Positions 38,880 to 53,421 of a stretch of DNA of 64,000 nucleotides are shown piece by piece. Within the stretch, counting starts at the first letter, position 1. Every line of letters begins with the position of its first letter. This DNA is from the human T2T-CHM13v2.0 reference genome, Homo sapiens, in the NCBI RefSeq assembly GCF_009914755.1, contig NC_060938.1; one strand, given 5' to 3'. The position numbers were made by a program, and so were the translations under genes. The notes under the pieces are model-generated. The model was not told the DNA's origin, did not search any database, and saw only the letters and a list, made by a program, of their open reading frames with translations.

Positions 38880-39190
38880 ATTAAGTTTTGCTGGCCTAGA
38901 TGTCTTACTTCCAGAGGGAGGAACACTGCCTCCAGGAGACACAACAATGATTCCATTAAACTAGAAGTTAGGATTGCCAACTGGATACTTTGGGATCCTC
39001 TTACCTTTAAGTCAACAGGTTAAGAAGGGAGTTACAGTGTTGGCTGGGGTGATTGACCCAGACTATCAAGACTAAATCAGTCTACTACTCCACAACAGAG
39101 GCAAGGAAGAGTATGCACGGAATTCAGGAGATCCATTAGGGCATCTCTTAGTATTACCATGCCCTGGGATTAAGGTCAATGGGAAACTAT
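38880..39190 (+). pseudogene. dut: HERV-L dUTPase remnant
   Basis: AGVIDPDYQ (39043-39069) matches dUTPase motif 3, downstream of integrase as expected in ERV-L; followed by a stop. Confidence 0.75.
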
Positions 39191-39688
39191 AATAGCCCAA
39201 CCCAGGCAGGACTACAAATGACCCAGACCCTTCAGGAATGAAGGTTTGGGTCACTCTACCAGAAAAAAAACCAGACTTGCTGAGGTGCTTGATGAAGGCA
39301 AAGGGAATACAGAATGGGTAGTAGAAGAAGGTAGTCATCAATACCAGCTATGACCACATGACCAGCTGCAGAAACAAGGACTGTAATTGTCATTAATACT
39401 TCCTCCTTCTTTTGTTAAAAACATGTTTGTGCATATATACACTTGTACTAATATATTTTATTTCCTTTTCCTTTATCACATGACGTAAGATTTATTGACT
39501 TCATATCAGCATTTAAGTATTGTTAACTTTATGTAATAGTATTTGGGTTGGTGATTAGTGTGTTCATGGTTGTACAAAGGATAGCTATATTATTTTAGGT
39601 GTGATTGTGACCTTATTATTTTCTTTATTCAATGATTATGTATGATCTCAGGAGATGTGTATGGGTTCAAGTTGACAAGGGGTGGACC

Positions 39689-40148
39689 TGTGATGGTTAA
39701 TACTGAGTGTCAACTTGATTGGACTGAAGGATGCAAATTATTCATCTTGGGTGTGTCTGTGATGGTGTTGCCAAAGGAAGTTAGCATTTGAATTAGTGGG
39801 CTGGGAAAGGCAGGCCCACCCTTAATCTGGGTGGGCAGCATCTAATCAGCTGCCAGCACAGCTAGAATATAAAGCAGGTAGAAAAACACAAAAAGGCTAG
39901 ACTGGCCTAGCTTCCCAGCCTACATCTTTCTCCCGTGCTGGACGCTTCCTGCCCTCAAACATCGGACTCCAAGTTCTTCAGTTTGGGGACTTGGACTGGC
40001 TCTCCTTGCTGCTCAGCTTGCAGATGGCCTATTGTGGGACCTTGTGATCGTGTGAGTTAATACTTAATAAGCTCATATATATATGTATATATGTACATAT
40101 ATATATATGTATTCTATTAGTTATGTCCCTCTAGAGAACCCTAATACA
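39689..40148 (+). mobile_element. HERV-L 3' LTR (MLT2A1-type)
   Basis: 'tgtgatggttaatactgagtgtcaacttgattgg...ctagagaaccctaataca'. Confidence 0.9.
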
Positions 40149-41313
40149 TAGACTTTCCAATTTATTGGTATATAGTAGCCACTAATGATCTTTTGAATTT
40201 CTGTGGTATAAGTTGTAATGTCTCCTTTTTCATCTCTGATTTTATTTGGATATTCTCTATTTTTTGTTAGTCTGGCTAAAGTTTTGTCAATTTTATCTTT
40301 TCAAAAAACCAGTTTATGTTTTGTTGATCTTTTATGTTTTCTTCATTTCAAATTCACTTATTTTTGCTCTGATTTTTATTTCTTCTACTAATTTTGGGTT
40401 CAGTTTACTCTTGTTTTTCTAGTTAAGATGCATCATTAGGTTATTTTTAGCTTTTTTTTTTTCTTTTTTAACATAGGCACTTATAGCTATACACTTTCCT
40501 CCTAGTACTGCTTTCACTGTGTCCCATAGGTTTTGGTATGTGGTGTTTCCATTATCATTTGTTTCAACACAATTTCCAATTTCTTCCTTAATTTCTTCAT
40601 TTACCCACTGGTCATTCAGGAGAACATTAATTTCTATGCGTTTTTATAGTTTGCAAAATCTTGTTATTGATTTCTATTTTTATTCCATTGTGGTCAGAGA
40701 AGATGCTTGATACTATTTCATTTTTCTGAATGTTTTAAGACTTGTTTAATGACCTAACATGTGGTCTATCCTTGAGAATGAACCATGTGCTGAGGAGGAA
40801 ATCATGTATTGTGCAGCCATTGGATGAAATGTTCTGTAAATATCTATTAGTTCCATTTGTTCCACAGTGAAGATTAAGTCCAATGTTTCTTGGTTGATTT
40901 TCTGTATGGGAGATCTGTTCAGTGCTGAAGGTGAGGTGTTGAAATCTCCAGATATTATTGTATTGGGATTTATCTCTCTCTTCAGCTCTAATAATATTTG
41001 CTTAATTTATCTGGGTGCTCCAGTATTGGGTGCATATATATTTATAAGCATTATTTCCCCTTGCTAAGTTGACCCCTTTAACATTATATCATGACCTTTT
41101 TTGTCTCTTCTTACAGTTTTTGTCTTGAAATATATTTTGTCTTAAATAAGTATAACTACTCCTGCTCTTTTTTGGTTTCCACTGGCATGGAATATCTTTT
41201 TCATCCCTTTATTTTCAGTCTGTGTGTATCTTTATATGTGAATTGTGTTTCTTGTAGGCAACAAAGCATTAGTTCTTGTTTTTTCATACATTCAGCCACT
41301 CTATGTCTTTTGA

Positions 41314-41716
<403 letters not shown>

Positions 41717-43260
41717 CCTTCCATTGATTTCTTATTGTTCATCTACATCCTTTTCTTTCAGATTCAAGAACTCCCTTTAGCATTTCTTTTAGGAAAGGTC
41801 TGGTGTTGATAAAATCCCTCAGCTTTTGTTTGTCTGAGGTTTTTATTTCTCCTTCATGCTCAAAGAATATTTTCACCAGATACATTATTCTAGGGTAAAA
41901 GTTTTTTCCTTCAGCACTTTAAATATGTAATGCCACTCTCTCCTGGCCTATAAGGTTTCCACTGAAAAGTCTGCTGCCAGACATTTTGGAACTCCATTGC
42001 ATGTTGTTTCTTCTCTCTTGCTGTTTTTAGGATCCTTTCTTTATCCTCAGCCTTTAGGAGTTTAATTATTAAATGTCTTGAGGTAGTCTTCTATGGGCTA
42101 AACCTGCTTGGTGTTCTATAACCCTCTTGTACTTGAACATCAATATCTTCCTCTTAATTTGGGAATTTCTCTGATATTATCCTCACTGTGGCTGAGCTGG
42201 TATTTGGAGTACAAGACAAAGTCCACTTTACTTTACTCTCTGCTTTTCTCAAACAGAAGGAAAGAGTCTTTTACCGTAGCCACAAGAGCTGGAAATGTGC
42301 TGGATAACCCCTGGAGCCAGCATGTCTCAGAGCCCAAGGCCTGTGGCATACTCCTCGGGTATTGCTGTTAGCTATTCAGGAACCAAGGGCTCTTTAGTCA
42401 GCAGGTGATGAATCCTGCCAAGACTGAGTCCTTCCCTTCAAGGCAGTGGGTTGCCAGTTAGCCCAGGATGTATCTAGAAATGTCCAGGAGCTAGGGCTTG
42501 GGATGGGGGCCTCATGACTCTGCTCAGTGCCTTATTCTGCTGTAGCTGAGCTGGTATCCAAGGGGCAAGACAAAGTCCTCTTTACTCTTCATTCTCCTTA
42601 AGGAGAGCTGCACTGCCTGGGACTGGGGGAGGGATGCACAAGCACTCCCTTAGCCATGCCAGCTGCTGTCTCCCTAGGTCACTTGCTATGCTAGTTCACT
42701 GACTCTAAGCCCAGCCTAGCACTAGCCGTTGCCTAGGAATTTCAGTCCTGTGTCCTAGACAGCCTTTCAAGTTTACCTGGGACCCCAGAGCACTTCAGGC
42801 CACAGTGGTAAGTCTTGCCAAGAAACTCAAGTCCCAGCTACTGAAACGGGTGATTCTCCTCTCACTAGAGCTGGTCAAAATGTTCCCTTCATACACAGGC
42901 ACTGCCTGAGCTCAGCACAGCTTTACTCTCTGCTGTAACAGAGCAGCACTGTGTTCAATGTAAAGTTCCCCAGTTCCTGTGCCCTCCCTCCCCATAGGGC
43001 ACAGATGGTCTCTCTGCACTGCATGGTGGCTGCTGGGGTACAGGGAAGGGGTAGTGCTGGTGATTCAAGACTGTCTCTTTTGCTCTCCTCAATGCCTCTT
43101 TTGGCAATATGAAGTAAAAACCAGGTACTGTTATTGCTCATCTGATTTTTGTTTTTTGTGAAAGTACTTTTTTTTGTGTGCAGATAGTTGTTAAAATTTG
43201 GTGTTCCCGCAGGGGACAGGAAGTATGTAGGCTTCTATTCCACCATCTTTCTCCATCTTC

Positions 43261-43430
43261 TCATTTTTTGTCTTTCTGATAGCCATTCTAACTGGGGTGA
43301 GATGATACCTCATTGTGGTTTTGATTTGCACTTCCCTGATGATCAGCGATGTTGAACTTTTTTTTTTCACATACTTCCTAGCCATTTGTAGATCTTCTTT
43401 TGAAAATTATTGATTTAGATGTTTATCTCA
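43261..43430 (-). mobile_element. Continuation of the outer L1MA (from 29565-30650)
   Basis: 'gatagccattctaactggggtgagatgatacctcattgtggttttgatttgc' is the L1 segment expected right after 30650. Confidence 0.75.
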
Positions 43431-44329
43431 CTGGCTGTCTACTATGTTGTCATGAGTTTTCTTTGGGTCAATCCTAGTCTAAATATCAAACAAGATAATA
43501 GAAAGATTGTAATTGAGGTCACCAATTGTGTAGAAATAAGAAAGGTGACTTTTATTTTGGCTTGTTCTTATGAGGAACTCTTGTGTGAATAATCTAAACT
43601 TAATAAAAATATCACTGTCTGAGCTAGGGGCATCCATGAAAAATGGTAGCAATACAGTGTGCATTATTTTATTTCTCCCTGTTTCATTATTTAGATCCAC
43701 ATGCTTCTGCAGCGACAGGTACCTGTATTTATCTCATAAGTCTGTCAAGGAAGCACTGGAGCTGCAACTATGGGTTCAGCCAACAGATACAAAGAAGAGA
43801 CCAGTTTCCTTTTAAAAGGATTTTAAATTTCAGATCAAAATGTCATATTACATGGTGAAAGATACACGGCTTCTCAGAATGCGCCCTGTGTTAGGGGCAG
43901 TGGTAGCAGTTATAGGTAGAATTGCCAAGGGAGATTATTATATTTAAGTTAAAGTAACAGTGGGAAATACCTCTTGGGAAGGAGACATTTTATCTCTTAG
44001 ATTCCTAGAAAAGGGGACCTTGACAAGACAAAAGGGATCATTTGATAAAACCTCATCTTATTGAGGAAAGGATGACAACCTAGAGTTTTTTTATTTACTC
44101 AAAAACCCACAGCAGAGCCCCGATGCGACCCTGAAAACAAGACACACTAAAGGTGGGGTCAGTGTCTCTACTTCCCCAGAATCTTCTTTAATAAGTGGGT
44201 ACCAAGTTGTGCCTTCATGTTTGAAAATAATATGCAGCAGGAGTTTACACTTAACACTACATGATTTTGACAAACACCTGCCATTATTGATCCCCAAACA
44301 TTATTTTCTAAAATTCTCTGATTGCTTTT

Positions 44330-44680
44330 GTGGAATCACCTCTCTCCTACTGAAAGGGTTCTTCATGGGAGGGTCATCCAGACACCTGCCCTTTCCACTG
44401 TGGAAGCTAAAGCAGACTGGAGTTTCTTTTGCCAGAGCCTTTTTCTTTCATTCTACAGCATCCAGTGGCAGACATATGGTTGTCTTCACTGGTTCGAGCA
44501 GCAGATCCAGGCAAGATTGTCAGGTAGTCAGTTCCTACTCCTGAGACTTTGTACCTGTCTCTCCTAAGTCTTTTTTGAGCACTGCCTTTAATCTGAGAAT
44601 CTTCCTGCATCTTTGCAATAAATCTCTTTTATTTTATATTAAAGTCAGAGTTGATTTCTGTTCCTTACAACCTGAAACCT
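44330..44680 (+). mobile_element. Possible ancient ERVL-class LTR 3' part
   Basis: AATAAA then 'gagttgatttctgttccttacaacc', typical of ERVL/MaLR U5 ends; family and left edge uncertain. Confidence 0.3.
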
Positions 44681-47109
44681 TTTGGAGGAAAAGAATTCAG
44701 AAAGAAGTCCAAGGAACAGTGAGATTATAACTTATTCTGAAACTAGACACATTAAAGGTAGTCCTTTAATTAAACATCTCTGCTTGTGGCAAAAGCATAG
44801 AAAAGCTACAAGTCTGCAGATATTTGGGTATAAGCAAGTGATGAAGTTTTGATGTCATGCCAGCATTATTGTGGGGGTTAATATCATTGAACCTAGAGCT
44901 TTTTAGAATAAAGCTTCAATTCCAAGATAAAATTTAAGATGAGTTAGGAGGAAGCAATACACATAGTCTGGCTAAGCCAGGGTTAGGTCAAAATTTAAGA
45001 GGTAACAGTAAGATCAACATGAAAGGTCTCATATTTATATTTCAAAGTTTTCTCTATATTTACTTTAACTCAGTGTTAGGTAGTTTCATAATATTAAATT
45101 TTTCTGTTTTGAGCTTTATTTTTTGAAAAATAACAGAGTGAACAAAATGGTTAAATGGAGAAGAAAAATCTATCTCAGACTATAACTTAGTCTGTACTAT
45201 GCCCATGACTGAAGCATGATTGCCTCTTCTAATTACAGGTTTTATTTCTTTGAATAAACCCTTTGAAAGACTGAAATTACAAACTAAAGTATAAAAACAA
45301 GCACAGTAAAGTTATAATGTGTATGCAAACTAGAAAAAAATGCATCTTATGTAACAGGAAAAGCTTTTTAGTTCCAAAATGCTGTAGGAGTGAAAGTTTG
45401 GTTGATGGTAATTAAGACAAGCTAAATGTTCAATCATATTGCTCTATATGTCAATTTATCATCATAAGATTTATAAATCAATATGTTGAGCCAACAACTC
45501 TTTGCAACCAGAAGTTGAGCCCTTCAATTGTAGTAACTGGGCAGATGGCACTACAAATAGAGTTAAAGAGCTTTAGTTGAAGCAACAGGCAGGACCTGCT
45601 GTGAAAGATTCTACAAGGAGGGATGAGGAAAACTCAGACAGAGCTAAACTGAGTTATGGGAATGCAATAAGAAATCTTATTATAGTTGGAAGGAAGATCT
45701 ATCCACAAAAAGAGTCATCCAGAATATCATACATCAAACTGTTCATACAAGCAGATAGAAGCCAACATGAATTTCTAACACTTTGAAACCATTTTCAAAG
45801 ACTACATGCAAAATAAAAGACTTGACTTCAAAATTCACACTGCCTTTTGAAAACAAACCATCTGTTGTTTATGTAAAAAGTGCTAAAGTTTTTGAAGAAA
45901 AGGATATGAATTGAGCTTCAGAATTAAAGGTGACAGGAAGGGCAGTGATTCATGTATAAATGTGTAAATATGAAAAAAAAACCAGCCTCCAGATTCCTAG
46001 AACACAGATAATTTATCACCAGAAATTGCTAACATGAGGAGCTGTGCTGCTTTGCCTTTGCTACTGTTTAGCTTGGGCACTGGTCCAACTGCCATATTAT
46101 AGGTTTGTGTAGGCAATGTCAGAAACACTAGCTCTCCGGCCTACTGATTTGGAAAGTATGTACTTTGAAAATGAAAGTTTCATATTCATAAGTCAGGACA
46201 GAAATTCGACTATGGATTTTTTCCTTTTATCTCTTGCTGCCTTGTCTAAGAATGGATTTTTAAAGATACATGTCTGCTACAAGGAGAGTCAATTTTCTTT
46301 AAAAAAAAAAAAAAAAAATCCCAGCAAACCAAAAACTGGCCATACTTCTAAAATCAGCTTATATACACAAAGTTAAGTAGAAAGATATTTAATCAACCAA
46401 TAAATTTAGATATAGCCAGAAAAAGCTTTTTTTTTCAGCTTAGAAGACACAGAGGAAACAAGATTTATTGTAAAATGTATACGTTAATTGAAAAAAAAAG
46501 GCATCTTATAATTTCAAGAGTGACATGTATTGAAAAGCACTGGTACCTTTTCCACTGATGTATGGATAGCATTAAAGAAAAATATTTTATGTTAAAATGC
46601 AAAAGCTGAATTTCAAACATTTTTATTATGGAAAATTTCAAACCTACGCAAAAGTACAGAGTACTTTTGCTTCCAAGTGCCCTTCAGCCAGGTTTAGTGA
46701 TTATTAATTCAGGGCCTAGGCATGTTATAGCCTAGGAATGCGGACAGCAAGCTCAATGTGTTATAAAGGATAATGCTTGCCATTTAGTTTCCAAAAGAAC
46801 TGTTTAGCTTTACTGTATTCCATGGCTTCCATATGTATTTTATTTATAAATCTAGCTAGTATTTGTAAAATATGAAAATGTTTTTGCTATTTTTAGAATG
46901 AAAAAACAGAGATCTTAGTACATATCATCTATTCAGCCATGTCGTCCCTCAATTCAAACCCCTTATCCATGAGCCCCATGTAGCGTAAGGAAAGTCTTTC
47001 TGGAAATAAGAATCACTAAAATTGGGGGGAAAGCTGTCTTATGAAGTAGCAGTTGCCCCATCCCTGGGAACATTGAGATATAGGCTGGAATTAAGTAAAC
47101 ATTTCACAT

Positions 47110-47290
47110 TATGGTACAGTGGAAATAGGGTGTGTTTGGAAGACAAACAGTCCTGAGTTTGAATCTTGGCTTTCCTACTTGGTAGTTGTGCATTCTTTCT
47201 GAGCCTCAACCCTTTTTATGATAGGGTTACTATTAGGATCCAATTAAGTAACATAAAATGTCTAGCAATAGGAGATACTTAATAGATATC
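47110..47290 (+). mobile_element. MIR fragment
   Basis: 'ggtacagtggaaatagg...cctgagtttgaatcttggctttcctact'. Confidence 0.6.
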
Positions 47291-48229
47291 TCTTTGTTTA
47301 ATCTCCCTTTCCTCCCAAAATAAGTTGCACAAAATGACAGAGAAAGCACGCACAGAAAGATATCAAAGTATTTTACTAAATAAAGTCACATACACGTATA
47401 ATTTTCAATCTCTCTCTCATTGTGGAGTAACATATTACACTGGCAGAGTTTTCCCCATGGCTAGACTTTTCTCCATGCAATCCACATGTAAAAAGGATTG
47501 GAGAATATTGTGCATTCTTATCACTATATTAAGCTGGGACAACACAGGGAAAATCACTCCAGGGATTTATAGCAATATATACTGAATCAATGTTTTTCTT
47601 TTAGTCACAGTCTATGTCATAGATAAAATACCAAATTTGGAAAAAGAAAAGGCTTTTGATAGAAGCCTACTCTATTAAATGAAAAAAAATCCTAAAGTAG
47701 ATAATATTCTTAATTACTCTTTCTCTCACTAGCTTAATACCCAGGTCCACTGTCATATTTCAAGTTAGTGACTTCCAGGTGACTTCATTGCCTATGAAAC
47801 CTCAGTATAAAATAAGTCCCCATGTAGCCTTATGCCTGTGATCAGCACTTCTCTGGGGGAATGGCTGGTTCTCTCTGACTTCCAATATACTCTCCCAGTT
47901 AGGAAAAATTTTAACAGCTACATGAAGCATCCTGATTATTCTATATGGAGCCAGAGCTGTTTTTTTTTTAAGACTCCTTCCTAGCAATTCCTGCCACATG
48001 ACAAGTACTGACATCTGTGACATACAAAATACAACAGGATGAGGCATTTGAGAGTCTCTCTGGATTTTCCCACTTATGATACTTAGGGTATTCGTGACTT
48101 AGTTGCAGACTTTTTTTTCTTCTTGAATATTGTGTTTTGCTGTTCCTCTTTCGACAGATGTCCTACAGCACCAAAGTAAAGCTAACCCTATTTTAAAAGC
48201 CTAAATATTAAAGTTATTTCTTGAGGGCA

Positions 48230-49025
48230 TTTCAGTTAGCCTGTGCTGCATAACAAGTCAGCCCTAATTTGTTGGCTTCAAACGATGCTTTGTGATATCT
48301 CATAATTCTGCAGGTTGGTGGAGCTGTTACTTTGCTGGTTTTATCTGAGCTCATTCACACAGCTGCATTCAGCTAGAGAGTTGGCAGGGCCAGAAGGTTC
48401 CAGATGGCCTTCCTGATGTCTAGCAGTTGATGCCAGCCATCAGCTGGGATGCCTCAGTTCTCCTCTACTTACCACTTAGCCTCCAGCATGCTAGACTAGC
48501 TTTCCCACATGACTGTCTCAGGGCAATGCCTGTGTCTGAAGTAGTATAAAGTAAAAAGTACAATGTTCCTCAAGGCCTCACCCTGGAAGATGCATAATGT
48601 TATTGCCACTGCATTCTATTGCTTAAAACAAGTCAAAACTCCAACATAGCCACCCCCTTTTGTTTTTTTTTTTTTTAAAGACAGAGCTTCACTCTATCAC
48701 TCAGGCTGAAGTGCAGTGGTGCAATCATAGCTTACTGCAACCTCAAACTCCTGGGCTCAAGCAATTCTCCACCTCGGCCTCCCAAGTAGCTGAGACTACA
48801 AGTGTGTGCCACCACCCCCGGCTAATTTATTTTTACTTTTAGAGATGGGGGTCTCACTGTATTGCCCAGGTCTTCTCCTGGCCTCAAGGGATACTACTAT
48901 CTCAGCCTCTAGAGTAGCTGGGATTACAGGCACAAGTCACTGTTCCTGGCTAGACTCCACCTCTTAATGGGAGAAGTGGCAGTCACAATACAAAAAGGCT
49001 TAGGGAGATAATGCTACAGTCATCT
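48230..49025 (-). mobile_element. Old MLT1 MaLR LTR interrupted by an Alu
   Basis: 'tcagttagcctgtgctgcataacaa', 'tctcataattctgcaggttgg', 'tagactccacctcttaatgggagaagtggc'. Confidence 0.75.
48658..48950 (-). mobile_element. Alu (AluJ-like)
   Basis: Diverged antisense dimer 'atcatagcttactgcaacctcaaactcctgggctcaagc'. Confidence 0.9.
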
Positions 49026-50034
49026 CTGAAAACAATTTACCACAGAAGGTTTTAAATAATGGTGTGGAATAAAGTGTCTTGCCCTCTCAGAACTAAGCTT
49101 GTCCTGTCTAAAGCCCACATGAAGCACAATGCCTCTGGCTGTGGTCCTCTAAGAGTCGAAATCTAAGCCTTTTCTTAGAATTGCAGCATGTCTCTCAGTG
49201 TTCTGGCTGCATTAAAAATCCTTTACCCCAATAGAAGTTTGAGGAAGAAAAGGGTTTTCTCCCCTCCACAGTAACTTTTTTCCACAAGTGGGAAGAATAA
49301 TCCAAAAAACAATTTCAGTAACTTACAATACCAGCTGTGATATGTATTTACTGCACAGGAGGGCCTGTAGAGTAAAATCTTCAAGGTCCACCTGTGGAAA
49401 ACTTAACTGGGATAGCACAGTGGTCATTAGTGGTCACAGCGGTCATTAGTGCACCCCCACGATGTTGCAGTGAGCACAGAGTGCTCTCTCCACATATTCA
49501 ACAGGCCCCGACAAGGCCCAGGAGGCAGCTGATCAGCAACAAGTGGATGGGTCATGCCTGGACTGGTACTCAGAAAACTGGAGCTCTGAACTCTACTATT
49601 ACCACAAGTTATTATCTGACCATGAACCTGACCCTTGTGTCTCTCTCTGTATGGCAATATTGCAATTGCTCACAGGCTATGCAGAAAGCATTTTAGATGT
49701 CTCCGATAATGATTTTTCCAAAGCTTTGGCTACTGCTAACCAGTGAGGCATTTTAAGAGATTATAGTGCAAATGGGAACTTACCCTAAGTTTAAAGATAT
49801 TTCATTTGGAAAAATACAGAGTTTTGGGAGCTGCAATTTGGTTTCATAGCCATCATACTAAACAATAATGAGAAACACTGCACTGTTTTTTTTCTATAAA
49901 TCAATGATTAGTATCTTTCTTCTTAAAGGATTTTATGCAAGATATCTCAAGGGGTCAGATGCTTACTTAGTGTTTTTGCTAGATTAGCATTTTTCTCTAG
50001 TAACAGATACAGGAAAATGACATTCTTTCTATCT

Positions 50035-50076
50035 TTGTGTGTGTGTGTGTGTGTGTGTGTGCATGTGTGTGTGTGT
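50035..50076. repeat. (TG)n microsatellite
   Basis: Directly visible. Confidence 0.95.
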
Positions 50077-51681
50077 TAGGAGAGAGAGAATGAAAGGGAG
50101 GAGATCTTATAGGCAAGGTACGCCTAAAGTAGTAATTCCACTTACTATCCAAAGCAATATGTGCTACTATGGATTAGTTGTCAATCTTCCAAATTGGTTC
50201 CAGTCAGTGATTAGGAATACCTGGGCTGACATATCACCCCTATAGATCTCTTTTCCTCCAATCTACTCCCTATTCCTCACCTGCCCAGATTTCCCAGTTT
50301 ATTTTCTGCCTCCTTTTCTGGGGTGAACTGATGACACATATTTATTACTTTGAAAGTATATAAGCTTGCCATCATCTTTTGACTCTTAACTGTGAACTGG
50401 GGCACTTAAAAAGTGTACAGTGTCCAGAACAGCGAACACATAACTGGAAAGGAGTTAATAGCAAGGCTGCAGCAATGGTAAAACAACCCAGTTAGCTGTC
50501 AGAGGTTAAATGTATAAGCTGTGGACGTAAGTACTCACCAAAGCCTCCAGTTTTAGAATACTCAGGTCCAGACCTCAGATTCTGACATATCCTCTCTCTA
50601 AATTCGCCTGTAGTATCATAGTCCACATTTTCTTACTGTAAGCCGTGCTACATTGGCCTTTTTCAAAGAGTGATGAAACGCTAACAGCTCCAGCAGAATG
50701 TGGCAGAGCAATTGGAACAAAACCACAGATGAGCAGAAGCTTGGCACTCACTGCCTCCAAGGGCAGAGCAGTTGAATTAATCCTTTCCAAATGCAACTAA
50801 TTGGATCTTCAACTCCAAAGTAAATAGAGATAAGGCTTATTAGATTACAATATTCATAAGTAGGGAAGATTCAGCAAGTACTAGGGGTAGGCAGAAAAAA
50901 AGCAATTCTATTAGGGCCAAGATTTAAACATGCTAAAACTTGGAGCAAGAAAAAACATATAACTAATCTTCACATAAAAAATGTTTGAGAGGTGTATTAA
51001 TTATGTCTGCAAATGAAGGTTCAGTAATCTAGGAAGTAAAATGCCCACTCCAGAAATGCTGGTACATCTCTATCTCAGAGATCATTAGGATTCATTTGAC
51101 TCCAAGGGGGAACCACCTCATCTGTACCCATCTGTTGATTGCAAAAACTTTTGTTGAGTGTCTATTTATATGGCTCACATACATCTCAGTGTCACAGGGA
51201 GTATAAATCCAGACAGAAAGCAAAATGGCCTCTGTCCTAGGAAGAGAAATCGCCAATATTATGACTGCTAAGACACGCTTTCTTCTAAGCGAGTGTACCT
51301 GACTTCTCTATTCTCATGAACTTCCCAGGACCTGACTACCTTGGACCTATGTCTCCCATCTGCTTCGTTCTCCATTTGATTCTCACTTCTGTACTGCACA
51401 TGGGTTCTTGCTGACCTCAGGGTCTGACTCTGCCTAGCTGGTTCCTGCCACATACTGTTCTGGCTTCCCCATGACTGCCCATGTTCTGGTATAGATTATA
51501 TAATACATGCAAAGATGTTTAAGGGAAAAAAATGAACAAGCAGATTTAACAAACCTGCTTTTCAGCCAAATTAACTTGCTTTTATTTCTCAAAATCATGG
51601 GAAGTCTGCCTACTTCCACTAGATATACCATTCTAAATTTATTAGCACCCATAGAAAGCCTTTATTTCATAATATTTGAAT

Positions 51682-51685
<4 letters not shown>

Positions 51686-51728
<43 letters not shown>

Positions 51729-51820
51729 CTTCATATGTATACATGTATATATATATGTAAATATATATATAAGTACTGTATATATATATGAAATTTAAAC
51801 ATTATGAGATATATATATAT
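51686..51820. repeat. (TA)n microsatellite with a degenerate extension
   Basis: Directly visible. Confidence 0.95.
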
Positions 51821-52599
51821 CTCCATCCTACTGTCAAAAATGTGATTCAGGAGAAATCTAGGAGTTGTTCTGGATAGCTATCCTCCAGAGGATACAAAGA
51901 AACAACTTTCACTCTCTTTGCAACTTATAAAAGTAATACAAAGTTTCTTTTTTATCCATTTGCTAATGATGGCCAGGCTTTGTGTGTGTGTGACATCATA
52001 GCTCTTTATCCGAAGACCCCCATGGGAACATTCATGGCTTATGCATGCTGCCAAGAGGTGTAACTTTTGGTGTCCAAAAACAGGGCTCAGAACAGTCTTG
52101 GGACAGAGAGTCCTGAGGGTACCTCCGGGTGGTAAATGGAATCATTTCAACTTCTCTTGGTGTCATAAAATCTCCATGAAACATTTCACCACCATCCACC
52201 AGAAGGTCCCACATTCGAGACACCTCACTCCAGGACTCAGGCATTCAGGGAGTAGGAGGACCAACGGCATATCAATGTTTAGCATTTGCTAATTACTTTT
52301 CTCTCTTTTATTGACTGCTGGAAGGTTTCTTTGCATGATAAGAGTAAAAAAACACAGAACTGGTTTGGGGAATTACTTGTTCTTAACTACAGACTTCCTA
52401 GGTGTAATTGGGAAGTGCCGTTTCCACAAGCAAGAAGAAAAGGTAATATCAAATGGGTGATTTTTCTTCCTCTTCCTCTTCTTCTTTTAATGCTGGTAAG
52501 CAAAAAGCCAGAAACCAAGGATCCTCCCTTCCTGGATCAAACTGCCGTTTGTGGATTGTGTTGCAGAATGGGCCTGGCATCCTTCTTGAGGAGTGAGAT

Positions 52600-52800
52600 T
52601 TAGGAGGAGACAGTGTGGGCTTTCAGTCCAGGCCTGGGCTTGAAACCTGCCCATGCCATTTATTACATTCCTTATCTCACTGAGTTTCATCTATAAATCA
52701 CAAGTAATAATTCCTACCTGACAAGTTCAGTGTGAGGAGAAAATGTAATTGATGGTGGGGCACCTAGCGTAGAGCCAACTCTCAGCAAACAGTGGCTATT
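52600..52800 (+). mobile_element. MIR
   Basis: 'ggctttcagtccaggcctgggcttgaaacctgccc...catctataaa...aataattcctacctgacaag'. Confidence 0.65.
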
Positions 52801-52802
52801 GG

Positions 52803-53080
52803 TTTGTTGTTGTTTTGAGACAGTGTCTCACTCTGCTGCCCAGGCTGGAGTGCAGTAGTGTGATCTTGGCTCACCGAAACCTCTGCCTGCGGGGTTCAAG
52901 CAATTCTCCTGCCTCAGCCTCCTGAGTAGCTGGGTTTACAGGCATGGACCACCATGACTGGATAATTTTTGTATTTTTAGTACAGATGGGGTTTCGTCAT
53001 GTTGGCCGGGCTGGTCTCTAACTTCTGGCCTCAAGTGATCCACCTGCCCTGGCCTCACAAAGTGCTGGGATTACAGGCAT
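52803..53080 (-). mobile_element. Alu (S/J-like), slightly 5'-truncated
   Basis: Antisense dimer ending at 'gggattacaggcat'. Confidence 0.93.
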
Positions 53081-53421
53081 ATTGTCATTTTAAATTTAAA
53101 ATGCAAGACAATGATAACCTGGCTCTTGGGAGACTACTGTATCTAATTGAAAGAATGATATAAAAAAACCACAGAACTCTGTTTTTTTAAGTGATTAAAA
53201 CTCAAATCTATGATAATTTGTCATATACTTCATTTTCCAAGTACTCACTGACATAATTTGGGCTATTTTATTTCAGACTGTGGGTAAGTTACTTAATTGT
53301 ATTTCTATTTTTCCAACACCATGCATATTTTGTCTCCAAATAGGCTGGAACTCTTAAGGTACTTAAACTTTACTCACAGAAAATTCTCAATGAATTCTTG
53401 TTGGAAGAATAAAACAATTTA

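Larger units (their letters stand above)
33557..40148 (+). mobile_element. Full-length HERV-L provirus (coding-defective)
   Basis: Paired LTRs, PBS 'tggtaccaggagtgg', gag-pro-pol-dut remnants, purine tract 'aaggggtgga', perfect TSD TAGAC (33552-33556 / 40149-40153). Confidence 0.96.

Noticed and set aside
51268-52603. Several 60-105-aa ORFs in unique sequence
   Set aside because: No recognisable homology, lengths expected by chance, no supported splice structure.
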